Assembly (NCBI RefSeq): GCF_030144855.1
Contig: NC_082712.1
Span: 137,281,322-137,332,000 of the forward strand
Length of the DNA stretch: 50,679 nt
Reading direction: 5' to 3'
Origin: Hypanus sabinus
Lineage: Eukaryota
A model generated the notes under the pieces. The model ran no database searches and was not told where the DNA came from. It saw only the letters and a program-made list of their open reading frames with translations. Each line of letters starts with the position of its first letter. Position 1 is the first letter of the stretch. The position numbers and the translations under genes were made by a program. This document shows positions 23,256 through 36,309 of the stretch, piece after piece.

Positions 23256-24719
23256 AAAGTTTGATAAATTGTGAAATTTATGGCCCTCAGCTGCTTATCT
23301 TAGTTAGTAATTCCTTTTTGGCAGCAACTTTTTGTTTCTTCTGCATTTTCTGTCTTTTTTTTTGTCCAAGTTGCGAGGTGCTTAACCCAGCATGAATGGA
23401 AAGTATGCAATTATTCTGACCCATGAGCATTTAACTCTAAGTCTGCTGCTAATACCACTACACTATACCCGCCAGCCAAAGGGCAGATCTTACAGGGTGA
23501 AGAAATCACTGGCTGAAGGCTGAATTTGAATGTGGCATTCCAAGAAGTAAATTCCACCACATTTCTGAATTTGGGCAATGATTCCTGCCCACTTCAGAAT
23601 TGTGAACACACAATTACAAGCCCAACCTGACCAAAGGTCTGCATTCCACAATTTTAGTAGATACTGTATCTCACAATTCTTCTTCATGCATAGTGCCTTT
23701 CAGAAACAAGTAGAATTATTGCTATCATTACATGCTGAAGTAATTAATTTCAACTTTAAAGTCAGAGGATTAAATAGCTTTTGAACTTTTATTACCCAAA
23801 AGTAGATGCACCACTGTGAACTGTAATGATTTCCTTTTAAAATTTTAAATTAACTGCCACAGGTAATCTGCAAGTTTTGCCTGTTCTGGCTAGAAAGCAG
23901 CTCTGCAGCGCAGAGCTAATAAGGATTTCAATCACCCTTATAAATTCTAATTCATAATTTTGGGGACAAAGATAGAAGTGAGTTTTTGGGAGTTTTCTAG
24001 CCAACGCAAAGATCACTGGAAATGTGTGAAGTAACCCGGATGTGGGCAAGAAGGGATTACAAGGAAAGACAAAGTACAGCTGCAGTAACGGAAATAAATT
24101 GGAGGAGGAGGGGAACAAGAGCAGGGAGAAACAATGAGTCAACTGTCAATGAATAATCCTAAATCAACTTTTGGTAATAAAATATGGCAAGCTGTGCGAG
24201 AGTATAGGATGATCAAAAATATTACATTTATAGTCATATTTGAAAAGAACAGGGAACAATCAAGTAAACAAAGAGTTAGAGGAAGACATTCATTTCAGTT
24301 AAGCTTTAAATTGGGAGGCATTGCAAAGTAGCACTGCAAAGCAGGAAAAATAATAAAACCGAGAGCAAAAAGGAGAACTGACTAGTGAATTACAAAAAAG
24401 GGAACCCATGTCCTGTATAAACATTAAAATAAAACTTAAAAGATATTTGAGGCTGTTACGGTTTGTAAATTCAAAGGAAGACATGGGAGTTCGGAAATGC
24501 GGGTGTAACTTCAAATTTATTTCAAGCGAGGTGTTCATATATGGTAGGGTGATGTCATATGCAATCCATGTGTTGTTACATATTACACGTAATGAATTAT
24601 TTAAATGAACAAAAATGCTTAATCAACTAATATATATACAAGATTACTCAAGTACCATTGAAATATTGAATACACAACACTTCCTCTGCTTAGCTATGAA
24701 CTCCAACTCAATACAGAAT

Positions 24720-26660
24720 GCATCTCAACTATAGAAGCAAAAGTCAGATGTAACAATATTACAGTAGAGTAAAGGGAATTACAGAGGCATGAGAGGAATT
24801 GGCCAGAATTGATAGAAAAAGAACACTGGTAGGGATGACGGCAGAGCAGCAATGGCAGGAATTTCTGGAAGCAATGCAGAAGGCACAGGATATATACATT
24901 CCAAAGAGGAAGAAGTTTTCTAAAGGAAAGATGACACAACCGTGGCTAAGAAGAGAAGTCAAAGCCGGCATAAAAGCCAAAGAGGGGACATATAATAGAG
25001 CAAAAATTATTAACAGAAGGCAACTGAAAATGTTATTAAGAAGGTAAAGATGGAATATGGAAGTAAGCTAGCCAATAATATGAAAGAGGATACCAAAAGT
25101 TTCTACAGATACATAAAATGTAAAAGATAAGTGAAAATGAATATCGGATACCTGGAAAATGATGCTGGAGAGATAGTAATGGGGGACAAGGAAATTGCAG
25201 ATGAAGTGAATGAGTATTTTGCATCAGTCTTCACTGTGGAAGACACTAGCTGTATGGTGGAAATTCTAGGTGCCAGGGGTCATGAAGTGTGTGAAGTTGC
25301 CATTACTAGAGAGATAACTATCGGGAAACTGAAAGGTTTGAAGGTAGATAAGTCACCTGGACCAGATGGTGTACATTCCAAGATTCTGAAAGAAGTGTCC
25401 GAAGAGATTGTGGAGACATTAGTAATGATCTTTCTAAAATCACTAGATTCTAGAATGGTATTTGAACACAGGAAAATTGCAAATGTCACTCCATTCTTAA
25501 AGAAGGGAGAGAGGTAGAATTAAGGAATAGGCCAGGTCTGACCTCAGTGAATGGGAAGATGTTGGAGTTGATTATCAAGGATAAGGTCTCACGGAACTTG
25601 GAGGCACATGATAAAATAGGCCATAGTCAGCATGGTTTCCTCAAGGGAAGATCCTGTGTGACAGATCTGTTGGAATTTTTGAAGACACAACAAGCCGAAG
25701 AAGCAGGATACGCAAAGGAAAATTGGTTGATGCTGTATGCTTGGATTTTCAGAAGGTTTTTGACAAGGTGCCTCACGAGTCTGCTTAACAAGCTACAATC
25801 CCATGGTATTACAGGAAAGATTCTGGCATGGATAAAGCAGAGGTTGTTTGGCAGGAAGCAAATAAAGGGAATAAAGGGAATAAAGGGAATAAAGGGAGCC
25901 TTTTCTGATTGGTTGCCAGTGATGAGTGGTGTTCCACAGGAGTCAGGGTTGGGACCAATTCTTTTTACATCATATGTCAATGATTTGGATGATGGAATTA
26001 ATGGCTTTGTGGCAAAGCCATTAAGATAGTTGGAGGGTCAGGTAGTTTTGAGGAAGTAGAGAGGCTACAGAAAGACTTAGACAGATTAAGCGAATGGGCA
26101 AAGAAATGGCAGGTGGAATATAGTGTCAGGAAGTGTATGGGCATGCACTTTGTTAGAAGAATTGAAAGGGTTGACTATTTTCTAAAGGTTAATTTGCAGG
26201 TTGAGTCTGTGGTAAGGAAGGCAAATGCAATGTTAGCATTCATTTCGAAAGGACTAGAATGTAAAAGCAAGGATGTAATGTTGAGACTTTATGAAACACT
26301 GGTGAAGCCTGACTTGGAGTATCGTGAGCAGTTTTGGGCTTATCTTTGAAAGGATGTGCTGGAACTGGAGAGGGTTTAAAGGAGGGTCATAAAAATGATT
26401 CAAGAATTGAATGGCTTGTCATATGTAGAGTGTTTGATTGGTCTGGGCCTGTATTCACTAGAATTCAGAAGAATGAGGGGTGGGCTTATGGAAACCTATT
26501 GAATGGTGAAAGGCCTTGATAGACTGGATGTGGAGAGGGTATTTACAATGCGGGTCGAGTCTAAGACCAGAGGACATTGTCTCAGAATTGATGAGACTTG
26601 GCCTAATGGCAAATGGCCATAAAACAAATGGCCTAATTCTGTTCCTACATCTTATAGTCT
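24720..26660 (+). mobile_element. CR1 LINE, decayed ORF2 with internal deletions
   Basis: ORFs 24799-26349 contain [21 protein letters not shown] and GVPQESGLGP. A CR1-type 3' end lies near 26630-26660. Confidence 0.88.
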
Positions 26661-26719
26661 GTATACACAGTACAATATATAATACAACTCCTATAAACAG
26701 TCATCCACACCATAGTACA

Positions 26720-28935
26720 TTTTAAATTGTCCCATTCAGGCCTAAAGATTTAATCGTTGTGGAGGATTTCTTACTCTTGTGGGATAATGTCTTTCCTGAC
26801 AAAGGTGATCATTCTGCTTGGTAGGTGAGTTTTATGTCTGTGGAATGACCTCTGGTTCTGGGGCCTCCTCATACTGATTGTAGGAGGTGACTCTAAGACA
26901 GCAGGAAGTGGATTTGATAGCTGTAGCCAACTTTCTTCTCTATCAATTGACTCTGCTCTCCCTAATGTATTGGTGTGTCAATTCCAGATGATTCTCCACT
27001 GTACAGGAGTGTGGTCCAGTCCTGTCCTTAATCTTTCTGAGTATCCAGTTTTGATCACCTCTGTAGTCCCCCTCCAGAACTGCTTTTCCAGGAGTGAAAC
27101 TGCGATCCTCTTTGTTTGAGGAGTTTCAATTTGTCTCAACTGTTTGTCCTGCATCCTCCTTCGAAGATTGGGTTTGAGAAGATCCAAGCATGAAATGCAA
27201 GGGATGACTCTGGAGCAACATAGCTGGTGAATTGATGGTTGTGGAGTGTGCTGCATTACGATATGCAAGGAGGAAATTAGTGAGCTTCTGGTTCGGTGTT
27301 AGTGTAGTGTGTTCTGCTGACGTTACTCAGTGTGTTCTTTAGACTCTGGACAAACCATTCTATCAAGCCATTTGTAGCTGGGTGATATAGTGCAAATATA
27401 ATATGTCTTATTCCATTTATTTTTATGAATGATTGAAACTGCTCCCCCACAAACTGTGGTCCTTTGTCACTGACTAAGTGTTTTGGACACCAGTCCTTGC
27501 GAAGAGGCTTCTCAACACATCAACAGTGTGTGAAGCTGTAGTGGAGGCTATTGGGAGCACTTCTGGCCTTATTGTAGCTATACTCACTACTACTAAGAAA
27601 TTTGTGCCCAGGAATGTTAGGCAAATTCCGCATGAAACCTCTGCCAAGCCAATACATTCACAGGGATGGTGAGATGCTGCTCTTGGCTTATTCTGGACGT
27701 GTCGGCTCTCTGTCCAGTGCATGGCGAGCTGCTCAATCTGCCGATCTATTCCAAACCTCCAAACAAGGCTCTGAGCTAATGCTTTCATTTTAACCACACC
27801 CAGATGATCAACATGTAGCTTTACCAATACTTTTGCTCTCAGCTTGGACGCTACAACAACTCTATCCCCACAAAAGACAACCTCTATCAAGGGCAAGTTC
27901 ATCTCGACACTGGTAAAAATGGAGAAACTGGAGTTGTACATTTCAGCCATTTTGGGCCATTTTCTGGTTTCTCTTTGAATCATCTCTGCCATAATAGGGA
28001 GACTTTTGATTTCCATTAGGGAGAATACGTCAAGGGTAAATGGGACAAGCCATCAGCATTTCCATGATTAGTCGTCCCCTTAAATTCAATCTCGTAGTTG
28101 TGTCCTCCCAGAAATGGAGCCCATCTCCTCATTCATGCTGCTACTGTTAGTGGAACATCCTCCTGTGGACACTAGTGGATGATGATCAGTAATGAAGGGA
28201 AACTTCCCCACACAAGTACTGGTTGAAATGTTTTACACTGCAAACCAGACTCAAGGCCTCTCTGTCAATCTGTATGTAACTTTTCTCTGCAGCAGTAAGG
28301 GATCATGATGCAAAGGCTATGGAGCATTTGCTTCCAACACTCATAACATGTGACATGGCTGCCCCCATCCCATAAGGCAAAGCGTCACAGGCCAGCTTCA
28401 CTGGCTAATGTTGATCATAATGCATCAGTACAGTGTCAGACATCATCATTTGCTATTCCTTTTGGAAAGACATCTCACGCTGCTTTGTCCTTTGCCATTT
28501 CTTCTCAATCTGCTAAGTATCTCACCTGCTAAGTATCTCAGACTGTCCTGAATAGTCAAAGAATAGAAAATGTATTACCCAGGCAAAGGAGTCTACACTG
28601 GCCAGGCATTCCTCGTAGTCCAGATTTACTTACCACGAGTTCCACGTAGGGTCGCTCATGCTTGTATCTGCAATGGTTATTCTTCAATGTTACTGCTGCC
28701 AGCATACATGAATAGTCCACTTCTATATCCATTCGTTATCAATTCAAATGTTGTTTTCCAGTACCATTGGTTACAGGTCATGTGTCTGACCTTTAACACC
28801 TTGTTATTGGCTCTGGTCCAAGCCAACATCCATTTCTTGTCCTCTTCCCAGTAAATGACAGTCAATAATTTCTCTTTTTTCTCTATCAGCAACCAGCTCG
28901 AAGCATTCCAGGCAGGCACCAACCCCAACATTCAC
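26720..28935 (-). mobile_element. Ty3/Gypsy pol remnant (RNase H + integrase)
   Basis: LHVDHLGVVKMKALAQSLVW...GIDRQIE (integrase zinc-finger region), an RNase H-like IAFAS region at ~28300-28370, and a C-terminal RHYPTRVRNPPQRLNL* near 26745-26800. Confidence 0.85.
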
Positions 28936-29034
28936 AAACCCGTGTGTTATATCCAACAAAAAACATCTCACAAATAACTTATTTGGAAATGATGTTTAAT
29001 CCAACAGATTATGTGGAATATCATTGTGACTTAC

Positions 29035-30280
29035 ATAAGAAATAGGAGCAGGAGTAGGCCATCTGGCTCTTCAAGCCCACTCCACCATTCAATAAGATCA
29101 TGGCTGATCGGCTATGGACTCATCTCCACCTACCTGCCTTTTCCCTATGAACTTTAATTCTCCAATTATGCTAAAATCTATCCAACCCTGTTTTAAGTAT
29201 ATTTACTGAGGTAGCTTCCAATGCTTCACTGGGCAGAGGATTCCACAGATTCACCACCCTCTGGGAAAAAACAGTTCCTTCTTCATCTCCATCCTAAATC
29301 TACTCCCCCAAATCTTGAGGCTATGTCCCCTAGTACTAGTCTCACCTACTAGTGGAAACAACTTTCCTGCCTCTATCTTATCAATTCCTTTCATAGTTTT
29401 ATATAAGATCTCCTCTTGTTCTTCTGAATTCCAGTGAGTACAATCCCAGACAACCCAATCCCTCCTCATAGTCTACCAGGTGAACCCCCTCTGCACCACC
29501 TTGAGGAAGGCAGTATGTCCTTCCTCAAGTAAGGAGACCAGAACTGCACACAGTACTCCAGGTACTACCTCACCAATACCCTGTACAGTTGCAGCATAAC
29601 CTCCCTGTTCTAAATTCAATCCCTCTAGCAAAGAGGACCAACATTGATATCAGGAGCACTGCCTTCTTGACAGCCTGCTGCACCTGCAAACCAACCTTTT
29701 GTGATTCATACACAAGCACTCCCAAGTCACTCTGCACGTCAGCATGCTGCAATTTTTTTACTATTTATGTAATAATCTGCTCTTCCATTTTCCATTCCAA
29801 AGTGGATGATCTCACATTTACCAACATTGTACTCCATCTGCCAGACCCTTGCCCACTCACTTAACCGATCTATATCTCTTTGCAGACTGTATCTTCTGCA
29901 CAATTTGCTTTTCCACTCAATGTAGTGTAATCAGCAAGCTTAGATACACTACACTTGGGTCCCCTCTTCCAAATCATTAATGTATATCGTGAACAGTTGT
30001 GGGCCCAGCACTGACCCCTGCGGCACACCACTCACCACTGATTGCCAACCAGAGTAACACCCGTGTATCCCAACCCTCTGTTTTCTGTTAGGTATCCAGC
30101 CCTATATCCAGGCTAATACATCACCCCAACTCTATGCATCCTTATCTTATGAATAAGTCCTTTATGCGGCACCTTATCGAACACCTTCTGGAATTCCAAG
30201 TAAATAGTGTGCATTTGTTCTCCTTTATCCACTGCGCTCATTATATCCTTAAATAACTCTAGTAAGTCTTTAAAACATTG
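29035..30280 (-). mobile_element. CR1 LINE 3' portion
   Basis: Minus strand contains the ggtgtgccgcaggggtcagtgctggg (GVPQGSVLG) motif at ~30005-30030, ORF 29251-29469 (KGIDKIEAGKLFPL) and a CR1 3' UTR. Confidence 0.85.
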
Positions 30281-30689
30281 ATCAAACCAAGCATTTCAAG
30301 CTCACAAAATAGAGAACAGAATGTCTTCATTAAATGGCAGCTTCCATCCCTAAGCACGCAACAAGAATAAAGACAATTAGCCTGTCTGCTTCCACTGTCC
30401 CCAATTTATTTGAATTCACTGATTTGTATGATCAACATACTGCTGCTTGAATCTTCTTGCGATACTTGTGTAATAGTGCACAATAAGTGATGCTTGGTTT
30501 GAAGAATTCACATTTGTCATGTTATCCTCTGAATTCATAATCTTCTAATCTTTTTAACACTGGCTTCAGGATTTCCTTGTGATCCTTACAATGACATCAT
30601 GCAGGTAACAGTGAGTGCCTGGGCAGGCTTGCAGCTCTTGTTATCTTTAGGTAAGATAAAATAACCATATAAAGAGAAAGAAACCGGAC

Positions 30690-31030
30690 TGAAGATAGTA
30701 TGTGTTCAAAGAAAATTTATTGTCAAGTTACATATATGTCACCGTAATAGAATCAATTAAATAACATTCCCAACAGGATGGACAACCATGTGCAAAAGAC
30801 AACAACCTGTGCAAATTCAAAAGAGAAAAGAAATCATAATAATATATAAATACCGTAAGCAATAAATATCGAGAGCGTGATGTGAAGAGTCTCATAGCTA
30901 CAACTGATGGGGCAGTGAAGTTGAGTGAGGTTATCCTCTCTGGTTCAAGAGCCTGATGGTTGAGGGGTAATAGCTGTTCCTCAGCCTTGGTAGTGAGTCC
31001 TGAGGCACCTGCAACTTCTTCCTGATGCCA
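30690..31030 (-). mobile_element. Rex1-related 3' end fragment
   Basis: RLRNSYYPSTIRLLN (the Rex1 C-terminal motif shared with other copies) followed by a 3' UTR with AATAAA at 30716-30721. Confidence 0.7.
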
Positions 31031-31895
31031 GCATCTGACAAAGAAGTGATAGCAACTGTGCTGCCATGTACTGTGCTAATGCAGACTGGGGTAGACAGAG
31101 CTGAAATGAACAGAGGTACTAAATGTGTTTTAAGTGTGCAATGAAAATAAGAAATGGGTGAAAATGACAATTTCCAGCAGGAGCTACGGAGAAGGGGATG
31201 AAGCGTGTCTGTGGAACAAGATGGCAGAGGAGGCATTGGAAGTAGATACAATCACATTGTCTAAAAAGAATTTGGAAGATACATGGATAAGAAAGGAATA
31301 GAAAAAATACCCGCCCAATGCAGGAAAAAGGGGTTAATGTAAATAGGCCTCTATGTTGATGTGGGGACATTGTTCTGTGCTGAAAAACTTCGTAACTCTG
31401 AGTCTTCAGTTCCCTCCCTATAGGTACAACTGGCATGGGTTAAAGGGCCGGTTTCTGTGTTGTTTGACTCTAATGGTGCTACGTCTCTATGCTGGGAAAG
31501 GGGATAAATAGTCCCTATGTTGTACCAAATCAGAGGTATAAAGTTTTAAAATATTTTCTCATCAAATTTAGCAGGAGCAAGTGCCAAAATATGCCAATCA
31601 ATCCTTGATCTCTTTCAGTAAATAAAGAAAATCCCAAAAATTTTGTACTAGAAACATCTTCTCTTGCTCTTCAGAAACTTAAGATAGTTTTCTTGAGTAA
31701 TGTGATAAATAAGATTCATTCCCAACCAGGAAAACTCTAAATTTATATATCATTTCAAAAGCAATGACTAATTATTTAGATAAGGATTTGTCTTTGAATT
31801 AGAACTGAGGCATTCTCCTTCAAAGTGGAAGTTAATTTTACTTGACTGATGAATCACCTAGGATGTAGAAGAGAAAGGAAAATTAAGATGCATTG

Positions 31896-32005
31896 TTAAC
31901 TGGGTTTGCCTTCTCTTGCAGTTTGCTTAGGAAATAATTCTACTTTACTGATAGACAATGTATTAGCCAAAAGTGTTTGGCTTTCCTCGTCATTACATGA
32001 AGAGA
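31896..32005 (-). CDS. Candidate cytoplasmic-tail exon of the NCR3LG1-like gene (VSSCNDEESQTLLANTLSISKVELFPKQTAREGKPS*); translated only if the TM-exon TGA is absent
   Basis: Strong acceptor tttttgtcatttacag|TC, a phase-1 frame compatible with the TM-exon donor, and 35 open codons to TAA. Confidence 0.4.
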
Positions 32006-32964
32006 CTGTAAATGACAAAAATGAAACATTATGTACTTTATAATGTAATGGATTATGTTTAATGTAATATCTTACATAACCTATAGAAAATTAAACTTAG
32101 TATATCCCGTCATCATTCTATTCAAAATAAAATTTGTATCAATATTATTTTATAAGATGTCAGTGTTAACTATAACACTTATTAATATTTTCAGAATACA
32201 TTCTATTTAACATGACAATCTGTAAAATTAATAAACTAAGACCTGTTTTCCACCTATATGCAGGCAAGGTTTGTTTCTTTGTGATGGGGTTTGCAAGTCT
32301 GGACCAGGAAGTAAACTGAGAGCAAATTGCTGCCAGTATTAAACTCATTGGTGCTGAAGGAAAAACTGGCTTTGTTTTAAAAGAGACCTGTTACAGGGAA
32401 TCCTTGGTGCTCATTTCATACAGATAAAAAGCCCTCTGTAATTTGCTCAATAATACAAAACTTCAGTCTGAGATAATAGTAAATCATGTCCATGGAAGGT
32501 GGAAAAGCTCAGGCAAATACTGAAGGGAAACCTTAAGCTAATTTCTATGAATGAGGACTCCAGATGAGGTAATTTAACCTGATGCACTGAGTAATGTCTC
32601 TGTGGAGCTGTGAGCCTTTCCTCTCACCACAACTACCATTACCTAACACTGTCTCATTGGGAAGATTCATCAGGAGATCTGTTGGGAATCTTAGAGCACT
32701 GCTGATAAAATTAGTTGTGATCCACAAAATGGTAGTTTATTTTCCTGTCGATACGTAAACAAGTGCATCCTTGGCTGTATTTTTGCCCTGCTGACTTGCT
32801 TATCTCATGCTGCACTCTCGAATTATTTCCTTTCTCATAATAGTTCATCATTTCTATCATTGCACTGGCAATCAAAATGTGGCACACCTCAGCATTGCGT
32901 GCTTAGCCCACTTCTCTACTCTCTCTGCACCCATGTCAGGCACAGCTCAAGCACCATCTATAAA

Positions 32965-33635
32965 TTTGCCAATGACAACAATTGTTGGCAGAATTTCAGA
33001 TGGTGATGAGGAGGTGTACAGGAGTGAGGTAGATCAGCTGGTTGAGTAGTGTCACATCAACAATCTTGCATTCAACGTCAGTCAGACCGAGGAGTTGATT
33101 GTGGATATAATTCATTAGGAGTTTGAGGAGATTTGCCATGTCACCAAAGACCAGCATATTTCTAAGGTATACTGTGGAGAGCATTCTAACAAGTTATTTC
33201 ACCAACACACACAAAATGCTGGTGGAGCACAGCAGGCCAGGCAGCATCTATAGGGAGAAGTACTGTCGACGTTTCGGATCGAGACCCTTGGTCAGTTATA
33301 TCACAGGCTTCTGCCCAAGATCGGAAAAAGCCACAGAAAGTTGGAAGTTCGGACATCTCCATTGTGGGCACTAGCCTCCTCAGCACTGAGAACGTCTTCA
33401 AAAGGCAATGCCTCAAAATGTCACATCCATCATTAAGGACCCTCATCACCCAGGACATGCAAGTATTACTTGATCCTCATTGTTACTGTCAGGGAGGAGG
33501 GAGGGTACAGGAGCCTGAAGACAAAACCAATGTTTTAGGAATGGCTTCTACCCCCTTGCCATCAGATTTCTGAATGAACAGTGAACCCATTTATACTACC
33601 TCACTATTTTTTCCACTCTTTTTTACACTACTTAT
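32965..33635 (+). mobile_element. Rex1/Babar-like LINE fragment with a Penelope terminal piece inserted at ~33200-33295
   Basis: DTTIVGRISDGDEEVYRSEVDQLVE, and FLRYTVESIL. The inserted segment matches the Penelope terminus at 19225. Confidence 0.75.
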
Positions 33636-33638
33636 TTA

Positions 33639-35548
33639 CAGTGCCTATAAAAAGAATTCACCAACCCCCCCCCCTTGGAAGTTTTCATATTTATTGTTTT
33701 ACAACATTGAATCACAGTGGACTTAATCTGGCTTTCTTGACACAGAAAAAGACTCTTTCGTGTCGAAGTGAATGTTTATGCAATCAATTATTTTGTGTTT
33801 TAAGTGAAAACAAAGTGATCTAAATTAATTATAAGTATAAAACACAAAGAAATTGAGTGCATAAACATTCACCCTCTCGGATATGACACACTTAATCATC
33901 ACTGGAGCAGCCAATTTGTTTAAGAAGTCACATCATTAGTTAAGTGGAGATCACCGTGTGTAGACAAGGTATTTCAATTGATTGTAGTAAAAATACACCA
34001 ATATCTATAAGGTCCAACTGCTGCTGAGTCAGTATCCTGGCAAAAAAATGCACCATGAAGACAAAAGAACATCCCAAGCAGCATCACGAAAAGGTTATTG
34101 AAAAGCACAAGTCAGGAGATGGATCCAAGAAATTTTCTCATCAAGAAATGGTAAGAATTTGGCACAACTATAAAGCAGCCTAGAGCAGGCTATCCTCAAA
34201 ATTGAGTGACCATGCTAGAAGGGAACTAGTGAGGGAGGCCACCAAGAGACCTGTGACAACTTTCGGGAGTTACAAGCTTCAGTGGCTACGATGGGAGAGA
34301 CTGTGCATACTACAACTGTTACCCAGGTGCTTCCCCAATCACAGCTTTATGGGAGAGAGCCGAAGAGAAAGCCACTGTTGAAAAAAACTCACATGAAACC
34401 TCAGCAAGAGTTTGCCAGAGGGCATGTGGGGGACTCTGAAGTCAGCTAGAAGAAGGTTCTGTGGTTTGATGAAAACAAAATTGAGCTTTCTGGCCATCAG
34501 ACTAAATGCCATGTTTGGCATAAGCCAGACACCACACATCATGAAAGACACACCATCCCTACTGTGAAGCATGGTGGTGGCTGCATCACGCTGTGGGGGT
34601 GCTTCACTGCAGCAGGCCCTAGAAGGCTTGTGAAGGTAGAGGGTAAAATGAACGCAACAAAATACAGGGAAATCCTGGAGGAAAACCTGATGAAGACTGG
34701 AAGAATCTGGGAGAAGATGTGTTTTCCAGCAAGACAATGATGCCAAGTATAAAGCCAAAGCTACACAGGAATGACTTAAAAACAACAAAGTTAATGTCCT
34801 GGAGTGGCAGATCAGAGTCCAGATTTCAAATCAGGCAAACGTTAAAGGAGCATCAAAATTAAAACCACAAGGCTACTGAACAGCTTCCTCCCACAGGCAG
34901 TCAGACTGCTAAATAGCTGCTCTACCTGACTCTGCTTTGGACACTTTTAACTCGCACTAGACAATTATAACTTGATTTTAACTGATTTTAACTGACATGT
35001 GACTGTTGTGTTTTACTATTTATTGTTATGTTTATTATTTAGTGTTGCGTTTGTTATGTTATGACTACACTGCTCCTGGGAAACGTTGTCTCATTCTACC
35101 CTGCAGAGCTGATGTACGGTTAGAATGGCAATAAAGTTTTTGAATCTTGAATTTGTAGCTGGACTTGAAAAGGGCTGTTCATTCATGTTCCCCATGCAAT
35201 CTGACAGAGCTTGAGCAGTTTTGTAAAGAAGAATGGGGAAAATTGCAGTGTCCAGATGTGAAAAGCTGACAGAGACCTATCCACACAGACTCAATTGCTG
35301 CCAAAGGTGCATCTATAAATATTGTCTTGAAGGGGGGTGAATACTTATGCAATCAATTATTTTGTGTTTTCTATTTGTAATTAATTTAGATCACATTGTA
35401 GAGATCTTTTTCGTATTGACAAGTAAGAGTCTTTTACTGTTGATCAGTGTCAAAAAATGCTGAATTAAATTCCACTATGATTCAATGTTGTAAAACATTA
35501 AAGCAAGAAAATTTCCAGGGTGGGGGTGAATACTTTTTATAGGCACTG
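33639..35548 (+). mobile_element. Tc1-family DNA transposon, full extent, transposase decayed
   Basis: TIRs CAGTGCCTATAAAAAG...TTCACC at both ends, TA target duplication (33637-38 and 35549-50) and ~200-bp IR/DR-type ends. Transposase relic runs from ATG 34055 with [24 protein letters not shown] and FQQDND motifs. Confidence 0.93.
34833..35152 (+). mobile_element. LINE 3' end (Rex1-related) inserted in the Tc1 transposase
   Basis: TTRLLNSFLPQAVRLLN motif, 3' UTR and aataaagtttttgaatcttgaat tail interrupt the Tc1 QSPDxNPIENLW region. Confidence 0.75.
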
Positions 35549-36309
35549 TAATTTAGTTTTTATATCTATTTTCTTATTGCAATTTATACTTTTTTTTGTT
35601 ATGTGTTGCAATGTACTGCTGCTGGAAAACAACAGATTGCATGACATATGCCAGTGATATTAAACCTGATTCTGACAATTGTCTCCTCCACTACACCCTA
35701 ACCCATCAACATCCAAGGATCCTGAACCATCCATTCACTCTCTGTGCTCATATTTTTCACCCAGGTGGCACAGCCTGCAGGTACTCAGGTTCTTGTTGTC
35801 TGTCTCACTCATTATTCTAATTTAGCTGCTTGGAATTGCCAGGATATTAGCCAATTTATGGAGCGATCAGAGACTCAGTATTCTTCTGCAAGTAACTTAT
35901 TCCTATTGCCAGATTCTTCTCTATCACTTAAAAGGCCGAGTTAAGACTGTTGTGAATAACAAAACAACACATAAGAAATTAAAAACAATCTTAATACAAA
36001 GCAGGCTACTGTGATTACAGTAAGTGTTATTGGTACTTGCATAAGCTATTTTAATGCCACCTTGCAATCCCACAAACTCTAACTCAGCTCCACTCTGCTC
36101 AACTGTCCCACATTTAAAATAGCTTTTCCATCATCATTGGGTAAATCTTATCAACAGCATTGTCATCACCACACGACAAGTAGTCTCTCAGAGACACAGA
36201 GTGATGGACAATGCATGTTTGACTTCATGCCAATACCCACATTCCAAGAAGGAATAAAGAAGATAATAGCAGATATGTTCATGTACTGAGAAAAATAAGA
36301 AGACCTTAC

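Noticed and set aside
23490-23687. Cys/Trp-rich 65-aa minus-strand ORF with a donor-like CCT|gtaaga at 23494
   Set aside because: No convincing acceptor, recognisable domain or partner exon.
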